A stretch of DNA of 63,994 nucleotides, counting the filler, from Streblomastix strix (lineage: Eukaryota): assembly GCA_008636045.1 (NCBI GenBank). It is 3 parts of 3 records of this genome, joined end to end, with 100 filler letters (N's around TTAATTAATTAA, not from the genome) between each part and the next. Parts side by side here need not be neighbours in the genome. Positions count along the whole stretch, not along the records: positions 43,623 to 63,994 come from SNRW01000436.1; 2 more parts are not named here. One strand, written 5' to 3'. Positions 50,260 through 63,400 of this stretch are shown one piece after another; within the stretch, counting starts at the first letter, position 1; each line of letters starts with the position of its first letter. The notes beneath the pieces are model-generated. The model was not told the origin of the DNA. It saw only the letters and a program-made list of their open reading frames with translations, and did not search any database. Made by a program: the position numbers and the translations under genes.

Positions 50260-50886
50260 ATGACTTTAATTAAGCAAACGCCGATGTCTGAGTTAACAGT
50301 TGCACCCATTATGAAACTATATATTGATAACTCGGTTCGATCACATATCTTACAACTTAGACCAGAAGATATCAGTATCCTTGAGCAACCTGCAACGTAG
50401 AATTTAATCAAATCATCTTCGCACTTTCTAATGAAGTTAATTTCTAATGTTCTGTACTCGAATGAGACTCCATAAGATTAATTGTAGAAGAATGAATCAC
50501 TTTTTCTGAAGTTCTAAAGTTTCTTCTCTTATGTTCGTGAATTTGCTCATCTATCAGGATCGGAGTTGATATATACTGTTTATTTAGTTCAGAAACTGGT
50601 TAAATCATAAATCGAATGTTTCAATGAAGATAAAGATTGCATAATGATATCTGATAGTAATGTAGGAACTACATTAGTGTGTGCTGTGATCCTTGCAATG
50701 AAGATTATAAGAGATGTGACCGAATTGAAGAACAACAGTTGGTGGGCAAAGTCTTTTGGAATAAGCTTAGAATTACTCAATCGAAGTGAGCTGGAATTTT
50801 ATACACAACTCGATTTCAATGTTGTGATGGATGAATAATAGTTTATCAGACTATATCACAAGATTGAATCATAATCAGAAATCTGA
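50260..50886 (+). CDS. Pho80/PCL-type cyclin-fold protein, 208 aa
   Basis: FFSYVREFAHLSGSELIYTVYLVQKL...NVGTTLVCAVILAMKIIRD...NNSWWAKSFGISLELLNRSELEFYTQLDFNV; intact from ATG to TGA. Confidence 0.8.
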
Positions 50887-51599
50887 TATATAATTACATC
50901 TAATAAATTATTCCAAATTGCAAACATTATTATTTGAATTATTAATTAACATTAAAATAGTATTTATCTTTTAATCACTATTTTTAATATGGGAATTATT
51001 ATTGGTTTATTGTATCATATTTTTATTGTTTTTCAATTTTACATTTATCAATTTTTTAAAAATTTATATAATAATTTTATTATTATTATTTAAATTCAAT
51101 CATTTTTTATCAAACGATCTGTACATTTAAATTATTACTAATCACAGTCCTATATACATATAATTATTTATTTTAACTTTACTATTTAATTAAATTATTT
51201 ATTTTAACTATAAACCTTGATTAGTTTCTTTATTCTTTTGATAATTTAATTTCACTAAACTCGTTAATTTCAAATCTAATATAGAAAGAACTGTAATATA
51301 AAATTATACTACTTTGATTGTAATTTTTCTTAATGGGTAAAAATCTGAGCTTTCTGCAAAGTCCTATTAACTATGTACGATGGGTCAATTTTGAGTTATT
51401 AATAAATTATTGATCTATGACTCAAGTCTCAAAGATTTTTGAACTCTTCGATATATGTTAATTAGAAAGTTATCGAGAAACAGAAGGAGTTTTATTTTTT
51501 GTGTAAAAATACAGGATTAAAGAATTATATTGTAATTGTTAATAAATTGTATTACTATCAATGCTAAATGTAATATTATTAAATTTAAGTAACTAAAAT

Positions 51600-51935
51600 G
51601 ATACTTATGGCCAAGATTATAGACAACTTCCATAGGCTGAATTAATTATTGCTCTCATTTGAAATAGAAACAGCAACAATGATTATTATGATAATCACAA
51701 CAACAATAGTCAATGCTCCAACAGCAATACCCACAGTAATACAAATTGGAAGATCTTTTCTTTGTTTTTCTTATTCTTCATATTCCTCTTTTTTTTCAAC
51801 ATCATCTTCTTTTTATGGATCATTAATTTCATATTCATCATCTAACACTCCTAACAAATTAAAATACATCTACAATCTAAAGCTGATATTAATGTATTGG
51901 CTACACGCGGATTTGATGTGGAAATTCAGTCTCAA
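51600..51935 (-). pseudogene. Orphan C-terminal remnant of a type I surface protein (acidic stalk plus TM helix)
   Basis: GVLDDEYEINDPQKEDDVEKKEEYEEQEKQRKDLPICITVGIAVGALTIVVVIIIIIVAVSIS, with no upstream coding region evident. Confidence 0.55.
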
Positions 51936-52199
51936 TAATTAAAAATTACATTTTGTTATGTTTTCATACATTAAATATTATTATATGACATATACATACG
52001 ATAATAACATGTTTGTAAGTTGTGTAAGTGGGAAAAGGAGAGAGATTTTTTCAAACAATGAACTTCTGTTTTCCTTACATTTATAATTATATTTAATTTA
52101 TTGTACATTAATAAATATATTATTAATTATTATAAATTGATTTATTTCTTTTTTGCATATTTTTAAAGTGTTTGCTGGGAATAGTTTGCTTTGTTAATT

Positions 52200-53067
52200 T
52201 TTCTAAAATGAAAACTTGTACTAAAATAGTGTAAAGCTTTTTAATAGTTCTTATCATAGTGATGGAATGAATACAGAGAAGTATCATAAAGTTAAAATAA
52301 TGAATAAAAAGTAAACTGAAACAATAATTAGATTTAATGCATTCATGGACGAATAAAATATATCAAAAGTTAATTATCTTGTATAAATAAATCCAGAACA
52401 CTGTAGCTGTAAAACACCTTTATAAGTGGCTTTCTTTGTATTAGATAACGCAAAATATTGGTATCTAAATTTCATATATAACTTCAAGTATAAATGCTTA
52501 GATATTAACAGGATACATTTTATCGAAGGAAATACTGATTCTGCATATTGTGCAATTAGCAGAAATCTTAATGAAGATTTTACTTAGTAATTTAATGCAG
52601 TCATTAAAGACACAGATTTTTATAATGAGAATACTAAGTATTTCTTCCCCACGATTAGAGGAAACGTATATGATTAGAAGAAAATCCTTTGATTAGCAAT
52701 CGAACGGCAAGGTCCATCAATGTTAGCATTAAGTCCTAAAAATTACATTATTGAAACAAACTACTATGCAAATTCAAAAATAAAATTAATAAGAATTAAT
52801 TCAAAAACTAACAAAATCACTAAAGACTAGATAATCGATTACATTAAAGAATTTAAGATAACGAAATGCACTAATATGCGTTTGTGCTAGAAAAATCATT
52901 CGATGAGTTAATCTGCTATTGAGAAAAATGTAATTATTGGAATCCATGATAAAAAGCTAGTGCAAGAGAACTAGGGTTGTTATCCTATCATATTTGGTTT
53001 GACTGCTTCGGATTACTCATTTTAAGATAATGGATCTATTCCGATGGTAGCATGCTTTTTAGCTTGA
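52200..53067 (+). pseudogene. pPolB C-terminal fragment (family 2)
   Basis: LNSSYHSDGMNTEKY, LQVAFFVLDNAKYWYLNFIYNF, HFIEGNTDSAYCAIS (52516-52560), ALSPKNY. Confidence 0.88.
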
Positions 53068-53369
53068 ATGATTGTACGTGTCACGTAACTGAATATTTCT
53101 AATCAAAAATGTTTAAAGATTTCCATTATTTATTAACAAATATCACAATAATATATAATGAAATAATTTAAAAAATTTTCTAAAAAACTATTTTAATAAT
53201 AAAAATTTGAATATAAAATGTTGTAAATTAAATTTATAAAAAAATTTTTAATTGATAAAAAATTTAAATTTTTAATTTTATTTAATACATATATATATAA
53301 TTTTAGATTTTGTATATGTATTTTATTAAATTACTATAATAAATTAATATTATAATAATTATTATGATT

Positions 53370-54452
53370 TATTTCTAAAGACCAATATGAATATAACCAT
53401 AGACTGAAACCATCGGAACTGTCCCAATTGATCATTTATTTTTTGAGTATTTAGAATTTATCCATCCATTTGTTCTGAGTGAAAAACTCATATTTCTTTA
53501 ATGTATTGTATAGTAGTTGGAACTCATCATAATATAAATTTTAAATGGTATTTTCATCGTACATTTATCTTAGATCCGTTTCTCCAAGATATACGCCTAT
53601 GCAAATGACATGGGTTTATATCCTTGTTGTCTTAAACAAATAAGTTGGTCGTTAAGCTATAAAGAAAATAGTGTTTTTTGAATGACGAAAATCACTAATA
53701 AGATGAATTATTGTTTTAGATAATTATGTACTGAATCGTTAGATATCTGCATTAGATCCAATATCATCGAATAACATTAATGTATAGAATAATTACGCAT
53801 TTTTTAATAAAATTTCTTTAATTATATTAATGTACACATTTTATTCATTATCAATAGTTTTGCATTTCATTTAGTGACTAACATTTTGAATTTAAGCAGG
53901 AATATCGAATCTCAATATCTTGATTGGTTAACTAAATGTATTAACGGTTTCGATTACTTTTTATTTGAATAGTTCAGCAATTCTATTCAGATAATCATTA
54001 GGTTTTTCATTCTTTTTAATCTCATTATTTTAAAAGATTTATTCTTCCATTCGCTTAATGAAATCGCTAGTGTATGATTATTTTTGTTCATTCATTTTGT
54101 ACCATGTATACATCTCTTTAGTGGAATATTTTATCTTATCAAACTCGCATAATAATATCATTACTTCTCCATAAGTTGCATTAGTTAGTTATATATCCTT
54201 ATTATTAAGGTTTAATCTCATAGTTTCATCCGCACCATAATTCGAGAAGTATAATATGAATGCATCTATTACTTTCTTATATATCACAATTAGCTTACAC
54301 ATTAATGACGTTTCACCACTTCCAACAGCTCCAACAATATAACGATTTCCATTAATAAGGAACAATGAATTCTTTGTTAATGGATTAGTTCTATGTTCAT
54401 TCAATAGATCTTGATTAATAAATGTTATATCTTATAATTCTTAGAAAATCAT
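53370..54452 (-). pseudogene. A32-like packaging ATPase (family 2); Walker A Lys mutated
   Basis: YIVGAVGSGETS, YTLMLFDDIG, DFRHSKNTIFFIAQRP. The 3' end is approximate. Confidence 0.82.
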
Positions 54453-55581
54453 TTTCTAAAATATTAAATTGAATATACTTAGTTCGATCATTAACGTGAT
54501 GAATTACTTATTTTATGGCGATAACTTTATTATATCTATTCAATTAGTATCAATTCCAGAATAATTAAAGGATACAATTAATATAATAAAGGTTTTAAGG
54601 AGTTATTTTGATATAGTATTAATTTCTTTTAATATAACGATTTATGTTATACAATTCTTTTACAAAAAAAAGACAAAAATTAATCAAAGATTCACTGTTC
54701 ATAGTTATCTTTAGAATATATTGAAGCATTTCTGAACGAAGCAATAACTAATAAAGATTTGGAGTTAGTAATTTATTTGAGATATATACTTTAACTGAAA
54801 ATCCTTAATTGTCATCAGAGTGACGACGTGCTCAAATTAAATGTTTGAAACAAATTAAACGATATAATTATACTGATTAGATAGGAGCTTTGGTGAATCG
54901 TACAATTCGTCCGAGCATGAAAATTTCAAATTATTTGAAGCATTAATAAAAATAAGTTTAAATGATATGAATGATGAGGAAAAATAAGCATACGGTCAAT
55001 TAAAATAACACTTTTGTTTCCAAGAACCAATGTTAGAAAAAATTAACGTTAAAATTATGAAAATCTAATATAGCTATAATCTTAATATTTAAATATTACT
55101 AAAAATAATCGACAAAGTTACTTTATTACTCATCATTCACAAATTAATTGTAAATGTATTTTTCTTCTTCATTAGCTTCAGAGATAATGAACTTCTTTAT
55201 TTGTTATAGTTTATTGTTTAGATCTAATGATTTTTTAATTAATAAATATTTAATTTTGAAGTAATTGTTTTATTCATTAAATAACTTATTTTTATAATCT
55301 TCTTCATCTGCCATTTTCTTTATATTTTAAAATTATTACTATTGAATATTGAGCAGTTTATTAAATGACATTAATTCTTAGGGTAATTGGTGAATTGAAT
55401 CATTTATATCAATCTTTAGTAAATTTTATAAAGCTTCAAATTAAACTTTAATTGTTTCATTATCATCATCACTTGCAGCTTAAATGCAATCTTTAAAATA
55501 TGAATTAACTAATTCATTGAAAAACTATTTGATTGGTTAGGATTATTGTTTTTCCATTTTTGCAAAAATAAATATTATAGT

Positions 55582-57405
55582 TCATGGAGTTGCTGATCCT
55601 AACGTAATTGGTTTTGCTCGCCACTATAGATTAGCTCCATTATTATAAAATCTACCTATTGTATCTACACAATTAATACCCCGAAAGATCGGATTACCAG
55701 CAGAATAATTTACTGAACCACTACTAGCACAATCAATTGTTCCTATACCAGCAATTATACTTCAATTGAAAGATTGGGTATTTCCATCAGCACTAATCAT
55801 TAATCCTCTATTGACTGTATTTTATTCTGATGTTTTAGCAGCTAATATTGATCCTTCAGATTTTTTTATATATTGACCATTAATTAGCAAGAGACTCAAT
55901 AATTGAATTTGGATCATAACCTAAACAAAATAATGACAAATTATTAGTTGATTTTGCAATACATAGTCCTTTTTTAAAATTTCCAGATACTGCATTGGTT
56001 TAAAATGGAGTTTTATATTTATTTGGAAATAAGAAAAACATTTTCTAATAAACAGTAGGTAAAGCACTTGCAACATCAGTTTTAAGCAGATTAACTAATG
56101 GAACTATTGCCAAACTACAATTAGTTTATTTAATGAATCATTAATTTGACCAAACTTCTTTTCATGCCTATAGTTCACCATGTCTATCAATACCAATACC
56201 AAAATATACGATATAAAATGTTTACACTCCAAAAATTAAATTTGATTAAAGCTTACATTAATTTGCTTCCAATCCGCAAGCTGAACAACCCTAATTGAAT
56301 AACTATTATTCAAATCCACTTCTACAAATAAATGTTAGTTCTTTTGATGTCGAATAAGGATAAACAGACACGTTAAATGTACTTAATTTAATAAATCATA
56401 TAGTTCCTACATTACAAAATTCTTTTTATTTTAATACTAATGGTATGGCTTATCCATCTGCCAGCAGTATCTGATATGTTCTTTGAAATTTTTTGATTAA
56501 TTGAGCAATAATAAGTTCTTCAAATATCTTTATACCTGCAATTATTTTTTTTGTTGCAATAGCAACAAAATTATTGGTTATCACTTTTCTTGTTAAATAA
56601 TCTTTTTCTATAGATTCTTCATCATCATCTTTTTTCCAATTTATTTCTTCAATTACTTACAATTTTTATCCAGGATTTTTAAAAAAATCATTATTAATAT
56701 TTATTATAGCTTTTGAATCACCATTAGCACATAATACTTCAACACTAATTCCTCGTGATATAATTAATTTAGTTGTTGTTACATTACCAGCATAAACTAA
56801 TTATGATGGATTTACATGATTATTTCTACTCTAATAGTCACTAATACCATTAGCTGCAGCTGATATATTAACTAAAGGTATGTTTGCAACGTTACGACCA
56901 ACATTAATGGTATGTTAATATTCAGATCTTGCATAATAATTATAATTTCCTCAGACTCCTGATCCAATATCTTTAACAGGTTTATTTACTAGAGTTGGAT
57001 CTGTATTCAATGGATGCTAGTGGTCGGCACTCGAGTATGCAGTTGATGTTTCAATAACTTCTACACTATTATCTCTTTTCGATTTTTCATCACTAACATT
57101 TAATGGATGTTTATGGTTTACTCTAGCGAAATTGTTTGAAATTCCTGCAATACCTGTTTCAATATCAACTTTATGTGTTGATTCACTTGCAGGCGTTACT
57201 TGATCAGGTACTATATCTCCACTGTTATACCAATCTGCTTCATACATCCATAATGTTCCACTATCTGCACTAAATGAAAAATCACCATTAGCTGAATTAG
57301 TTAAACATATAATATCAGAATTCAATAAATAATACCTTTAGAAATGTGTTTAACGTGATAATTCTTAACTAATAGTATCAATATCATTTTTTATATCAGT
57401 GATTT
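55582..57405 (-). pseudogene. Fibre/tail-like protein (family 2), 5'-deleted and frameshifted
   Basis: ANGDFSFSADSGTLWMYEADWYNSGDIVPDQVTPAS, repeated G.AG.S..(F/Y)AR..HxHPLN units, GLMISADGNT and NYSAGNPI..G..FYNNGANLQWRAKPITLGSATP*. Confidence 0.68.
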
Positions 57406-59420
57406 CCACTAATTGCCCAATAAGCTGAAGCAGTGTCTCCTTCTATAAAATGTAATTTATTCATATACAAACAATTATATTTAAAGTTGTAGAAGAAATT
57501 AAAATAAAAATATTTTGCTTTATCTAATTTTAATTAATCCACTTGGAGACTAGTAATATACTTACAATTCTTTAGAATAAATTGCACAGGATAAAGATTT
57601 TCAACTTACTTACGATTATTTATTAATGAATATTTCATGTGGTTTGTTTTTGTATTATTTTTCGAAGGTAATTTTATTCTACTATATTTTATAATTTTTG
57701 TTTCATTCGATCCATAAGAAGCATTTAAAATCGATTTATAAAATTTATCCATTCCGTTATTTTACTATTTGATAGCTTCTGTAATTTTAATCATAAATTT
57801 ATTAACGAAAGCATTAAATTTATTGCTTATAATAAAAGTAACCAATTATTTTATTTCATCGATTATAAAATGACGATCTTCAATTAAGAATCATAAGTAA
57901 AAAAAATAAATTGTCATTTAAATAATGAGTTTTGATAATAAATACGTAAGCATTCTTTCCTAATTATTTGTTTAAAAACTATGTTTTTGAATTTGAATAA
58001 ATATATACATACTCATCAATAATATCTGTGTTAGTTGTATAGGTTAATTTTTGAATTATAAGAGGAAAATTATTGTAACGTTAATATATTTATTATTCAT
58101 CAATACGAATATTATGTAATATGATGAATTGTTGTCCTCGTCCAGATAAACGATCATTTGAATATTTTATTTTTCTTGCAATGTAATAATTAAAAATTAT
58201 CCAATTGACATATCAACACTTATACAATATACTATTAGAATATGTGTTAAACGGATGACATTATGATGTGAAACAAGAGCGAACTAAAGAGTTAAAATCA
58301 ACACCAAAAATATTAATTATAAAATGATTTGTACTGATAATTGTTATAGTATTATTCTCTAAATTTGAATATTATCCTTTAATTGTATCTATTCCAGCTA
58401 TTTTCAAGCGATTCATCACAGTAAACAATCCACCTATGTCATTTTTTTCATTGCAAACATACTTTATCTTTAATGATAGTCAAAAAAGTCGATTAAAAAC
58501 ACAGAATCTAAGCAGTTAAATAATTATATGAGTTAATATTTTATTTTTATCATGTATGTATAAATTGCAGTATGAACAATACGGTTAACTCTTTGAGGTA
58601 TTATATTGGAATTTATAATCAATTTTAATTAAAATTGTTTTAAAAATTGAATATAAATTTATCACAAAAAATACAATATACAAAATGATAGATTAGATTA
58701 TTATAATAAACGAAATCATTAACACTTATAATTCAGTTTATCTTTCCATGTCGTAACTTATCTTATTTATTATATCCTACAAATATAAAATTGCAGTTTA
58801 CTTGAGATTTTATGAAAGGATTACTTTTAATTTAATATTTTAACTATTATTATCTTAAATTTATTAAAATTATCAAAAAAATTATAATTTTCCACTTATC
58901 ATAATGAAAATGTTTATTGAAAAGAACATAATCGGTTCTAGTTGAAATAAATCAAATATCTGAAACCTATTATTTTTAAGGAATTATTTCGTCATAGCAT
59001 TTATTATCTATGGAAAATTATTAAACTTCAATGAATACTTAGTCACACCATTAATTTTTATAAATCTTTTATATTGTATGAATCAAAATAAATAATTTTT
59101 TAAGCAGAAAATCCAATTAATGTTCCGATTTTGTTTTATTGAATAACTTTTTCAAATTAATCTCTCCATTTAAGTTTTATAGTTGATGTAACAGATAATG
59201 GAACGAGTTATGATATCAATTAGCTACAAGACTCATTAACTGAACATATCAACATTGTATTATTAGAACTAGCAAATTTTGTTAACTAATATTTGTATCA
59301 TTATTTATGTGTCTAATTCATTGAACTGCTTCAGATTGTCCAATCATGTTTTAAATTTATTTGCATCATTGAGATACGATTAATATTTTTTATTAGTCGT
59401 CTTCTTATTTTTCGACAATG
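57405..59420 (-). pseudogene. Highly degraded pPolB (family 2, second copy), truncated after motif C
   Basis: GGLFTVMNRLKIAG (~58400-58440), FGVDFNSL (~58285-58310), MNKLHFIEGDTASAYWAISGN (57402-57464). Exonuclease-region remnants lie at 59170-59390. Confidence 0.75.
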
Positions 59421-60039
59421 AATCAAAAGCGCTAATTGAAATTTAAATTAAAATATATTAATTTTTTAGAATTTTCAATTAATTTTCAACTTTTTTTAAT
59501 TATTGAAAAATTATATTGAAAATTGCGAATTGAACTTAATTCAATTTCTCAAATATTAGGCCGAAGCGCTTCGAATTAACCGGAATATAATGTAATTCTC
59601 ATCTTAAACATAAGTATTGTCAACCGAAGCAGTTAAAGTTTAATCAGAAAGGTTACAAATTATAAGAAAAATCTAATATATTAGTAAAAATCGATTTTAA
59701 TTATCGTATCTCTTTCAATAAATTTACCATAAAATTATATTTAATTTATTTCATATAAAACAAATTGAATATTATAGTCAACGTTTGAATTTCGGTTTTT
59801 AATTTTAACGTTTTCTACTTATTTTTCAACGAGGGGTACTCTCCTTGTTCTCATAACTATTTTCTTCTTCCGTGAGTCATTGAGTAGGTTAACATTATAT
59901 AATTTTAATTCCTATTATAATCCAAGAAAAATATTTAGAATTTGGAGTTCTGGAAATTAATTAATAAACTCGATAGAGTAAGTATAACTAAATCTGATTG
60001 AACTAAGCTTGATACTTAAAAAAATTCAATAATAAATAT

Positions 60040-60414
60040 ATTTCACATATTTTATAAAATTCAAAATAAATATTTTTGGATTATAGAAAATATTATCAAA
60101 AAAAATTATAGACATATTGGGTCGGTTATTGTTTTGCACGTTCTGCTGGTAATTTGTATGTGTAAAACGTATGGTTTTCTGTAAATTACAAATTCTAATA
60201 TTTATAGTATTAATACAAATTACTTAACATTTTAATACGCAAGAAAATCGAATATTATCGATAAATTATACATCGAATTAAATTAGTTTTACAAATTAAA
60301 TTTTGTAATGCTGAACATTAATAAACTTACAAATTTGACAAAATCGTGACTTTTTTGTTGTTTACTGTAAATAACTTTTACGAATCGTTTCAATTTACTT
60401 TTTCCCAACGTAGG
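60040..60414 (+). promoter_or_regulatory. Upstream non-coding region conserved with the reverse complement of ~49412-49800
   Basis: caagaaaatcgaa(t/g)attatcgataaattatac and tgttttgc(a/g)cgttctg blocks are present upstream of both paralogs in the same order. Confidence 0.7.
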
Positions 60415-63400
60415 ATGTTTATATTTATCATACTAGCTACACTTACTGCTTTAAACGCAGAAAATTTCACTGTTAGTACTGAAGATTAGCTTAAAAATGC
60501 ATTTGTGAGCATAGGAGGCGCGAGTTCAGGTCCATCGCACACAATTACTGTATCAGGGACCATTAACGTCTTAGCTCAGATTAACTATATGGGTCTCAAC
60601 GATAAGGACATAGTTATTAGAGGAATTAGCAATGCAATTATCACATCATCTGTTTCAGATACTGCTCTCTTTAATCTTGGTGGAAACAATCTTGCTCTAA
60701 CCCTTCAAGACATAACATTGCAAGATGATGGCAACTATGGACTAATCTAATTCTAAGGTTCTGCATTGATTATTAATTCTGGTACTTTAACTAGTGGTGG
60801 TACAAACTCTTTGATCAGGACTACTAATGCTGATGTCACAATTGGAGCAACTGCAGCACCTGTTTTCAGAGGAGTTAAGATACTTGAAATTGCAAACACT
60901 GCTCCTGTTGGTATAAATCCATACAGAACTGTTGTTATCACGAGGGGAACTTTCTAACTACCAGCTGGTTCAGGATCTGCTGGGATACAGATTGTGATTA
61001 ACAACGCTGCAGCTACTTTTGGAATAAACACAACCGTTTCTCCGACTTTTACAGGCCTTGAGCTTCTGCAGGTCACTGGAAGTACTCTGAATGTAGCATT
61101 TAGTACAATTGTAGGTACTTTATTAGCACCAGCACAGATCAGAATTTCAAATTCGACATTAACATATGGATCTAGCACATTTAACCCAACAGCAACTAAC
61201 TTAGAAGTGATTGACATCAGAAATTCCAATTTGGTTGTAAACAGAGGCAATCTTTCAGGAACAGCAACTAATGGTCTCCAGATCCTCATTTCTTATACGT
61301 CTTTTGTTACAATTGGAGGATAGAACACCACAAATCCAACATTCGCCAATCTTGATGTAATAACTGTCGATATCAGTCAATTGGACGTATTAGGTGGTGC
61401 TTTCACAGCCAGGAATCCATAAGCTACTTTGATCACTGCAACAAACTCTGATGTGAACATCGGTAGAGTGGCTGCACCAACTCCAACACTGACATTTTCA
61501 GCATCAAAGGTTCTGGATGTGACAGGTGGAACATTGAACATATACTGGGGTACTCTAACTGGAATTAATCCAGACACAGCGATTGTTAAAACTTTAGATA
61601 CACCTGTATTCATCGGAGGAGGTCCAGCAGCTATTTTCAATGGAGCGAAAGCTCTTGATATCACAAAAGGATCACTTAATATAACAAATGGTACTTTCAC
61701 AGGACAATCTAATATATTACTTGCTATCATTACACTTAGAGATGTTAGTGCAGTTATTGGATCTGGATTCTTCCCAACTTTCGCTGGCTATAATATTCTT
61801 GATACTTATGGTGGTTCTCTGAACTTAAATGGAGGCGTTTCTAGGCAGATAGAGACGTATCAAACACCTGGGACCATTTGGACATTTAATGATACCATAG
61901 TGACTATTGGATTACCTCTTGATCAATATGCTTCATCTACGCCCATGTTCCAAGGATTTGGACTACTGACAGTTATTGGTGGGGAGATAACCGTCCTCAG
62001 TGGAACATTCAATGGAATAACTGCAGGATCTTCAATCATTGCTTCTGATACAAAGTTTACAATTGACAACAAACAGAACTTTCCTTATTTCACATAAATT
62101 ATACTGCTTTAGTTAACCAGAGGTAAACTGGACTTAATCAATTTCTCTTTCTCGGGACTTACAGATGGGTTTATGATATAAGCTATTGAAGCAGATGTTA
62201 CTATTGGAGATGTAACAGCATTAACTAATTTTGGAACAATGAATTATCAGCACAAACCAAGATACACCGCCGTTTATTTAATAGCGTGCAAGTCAGTAAT
62301 TATTCAGAAACAGACTTTCTCATTACTTAGAAATCAGAATGAAGGATAAGCAGTTGATATATTCTATACTCCTGGAGTATATGCACGTGCTTCACCAGAT
62401 ACATAACTAACCATCACAGACTGTATATTCTCTAACAATACATATTCTGGACATGGTGCAATGAGTGGCGCACTTTTCATTGATTTTATTGGCAGCGCGA
62501 CATCAAATGCAGATGGATTTATTTTAATTTAAAACACGTGCTTCACAGATAATATAGGAACAATCGCAGGAGCCATTGTTTTCAAAGGGAAAAGTTCGAG
62601 TCCAATAACCTTGAACAATCTCTTGTTTAAAGGAAACAGATACACTGGATCAGCATCATTCCCGAAAAAGAAGGCAAGTGGTATATTCACTTTTGAAGAC
62701 ATAAGCAGTCAACTTGGCGATAATCCATTTGCAACATGCTATGCACCACATAAAGATCCAAGCTCGTACAGCCCTGATGAAGCATATGGAAATTAGTAGC
62801 CTTTCTATGCTTCACTTAAAAGTGACATTTTAGTTCCATATCTTGAGTCTCAATCTACAATAGCTTATGTATCTAATAGTTAAACTGGAGACGATATATA
62901 TCCAGAATTTAATGTAGCTTTTGGAACTTTATCTAACCATGGAGGGCAGGTATTTGTGCTAGATGACGCGTTCAATTGTATTGGGACAACTATATTTGCT
63001 ATCAATTAAGAAATAACAATCAGCCCAAGTCTACCAAATACAAAATTATACAATTTGATGGTGTCATCCAGTCCTTTATACGTTACGAGCTTTGGACTGC
63101 TTATAATGAGTGACTTCAATGCTATACAAGGTGATGATACAGAATTGGGAGCTTAAACTGGAAGGAGTGAATTCTTCTACATCGGTGGTTGGGCCGAAGT
63201 GAGATTAACTAAAATCAACTTCTCAACTAATTATAGGCCAGGTGTAACTGGAAGAACTTTCATCTATATATCTACTGGTTCACTTCTATTGGATGAATGC
63301 AGTTTCAGCGGCGGATAATTTGTTCAATACGATTCTTAAGTAACAATTGCCAATCCTTAAAAGATAGTAATCAAAAAGAGCAATTTTACAGATGCTTTAG

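Larger units (their letters stand above)
52200..59420. mobile_element. Rearranged, heavily decayed remnants of a second Polinton family
   Basis: Two convergent pPolB fragments, a packaging ATPase and a fibre gene, all unlike those in contig 2. Confidence 0.8.

Noticed and set aside
54514..55560. Short degenerate ORFs between the family-2 ATPase and fibre
   Set aside because: Likely Polinton accessory remnants, but too frameshifted to delimit or name.
1418..62796. Most supplied short ORFs rich in Leu/Phe/Ile/Tyr/His (for example 3250-3483, 5970-6203, 6618-6872, 33315-33635)
   Set aside because: They are antisense or off-frame shadows of real TAR=Gln genes with low-complexity E/K/Q/D tracts.
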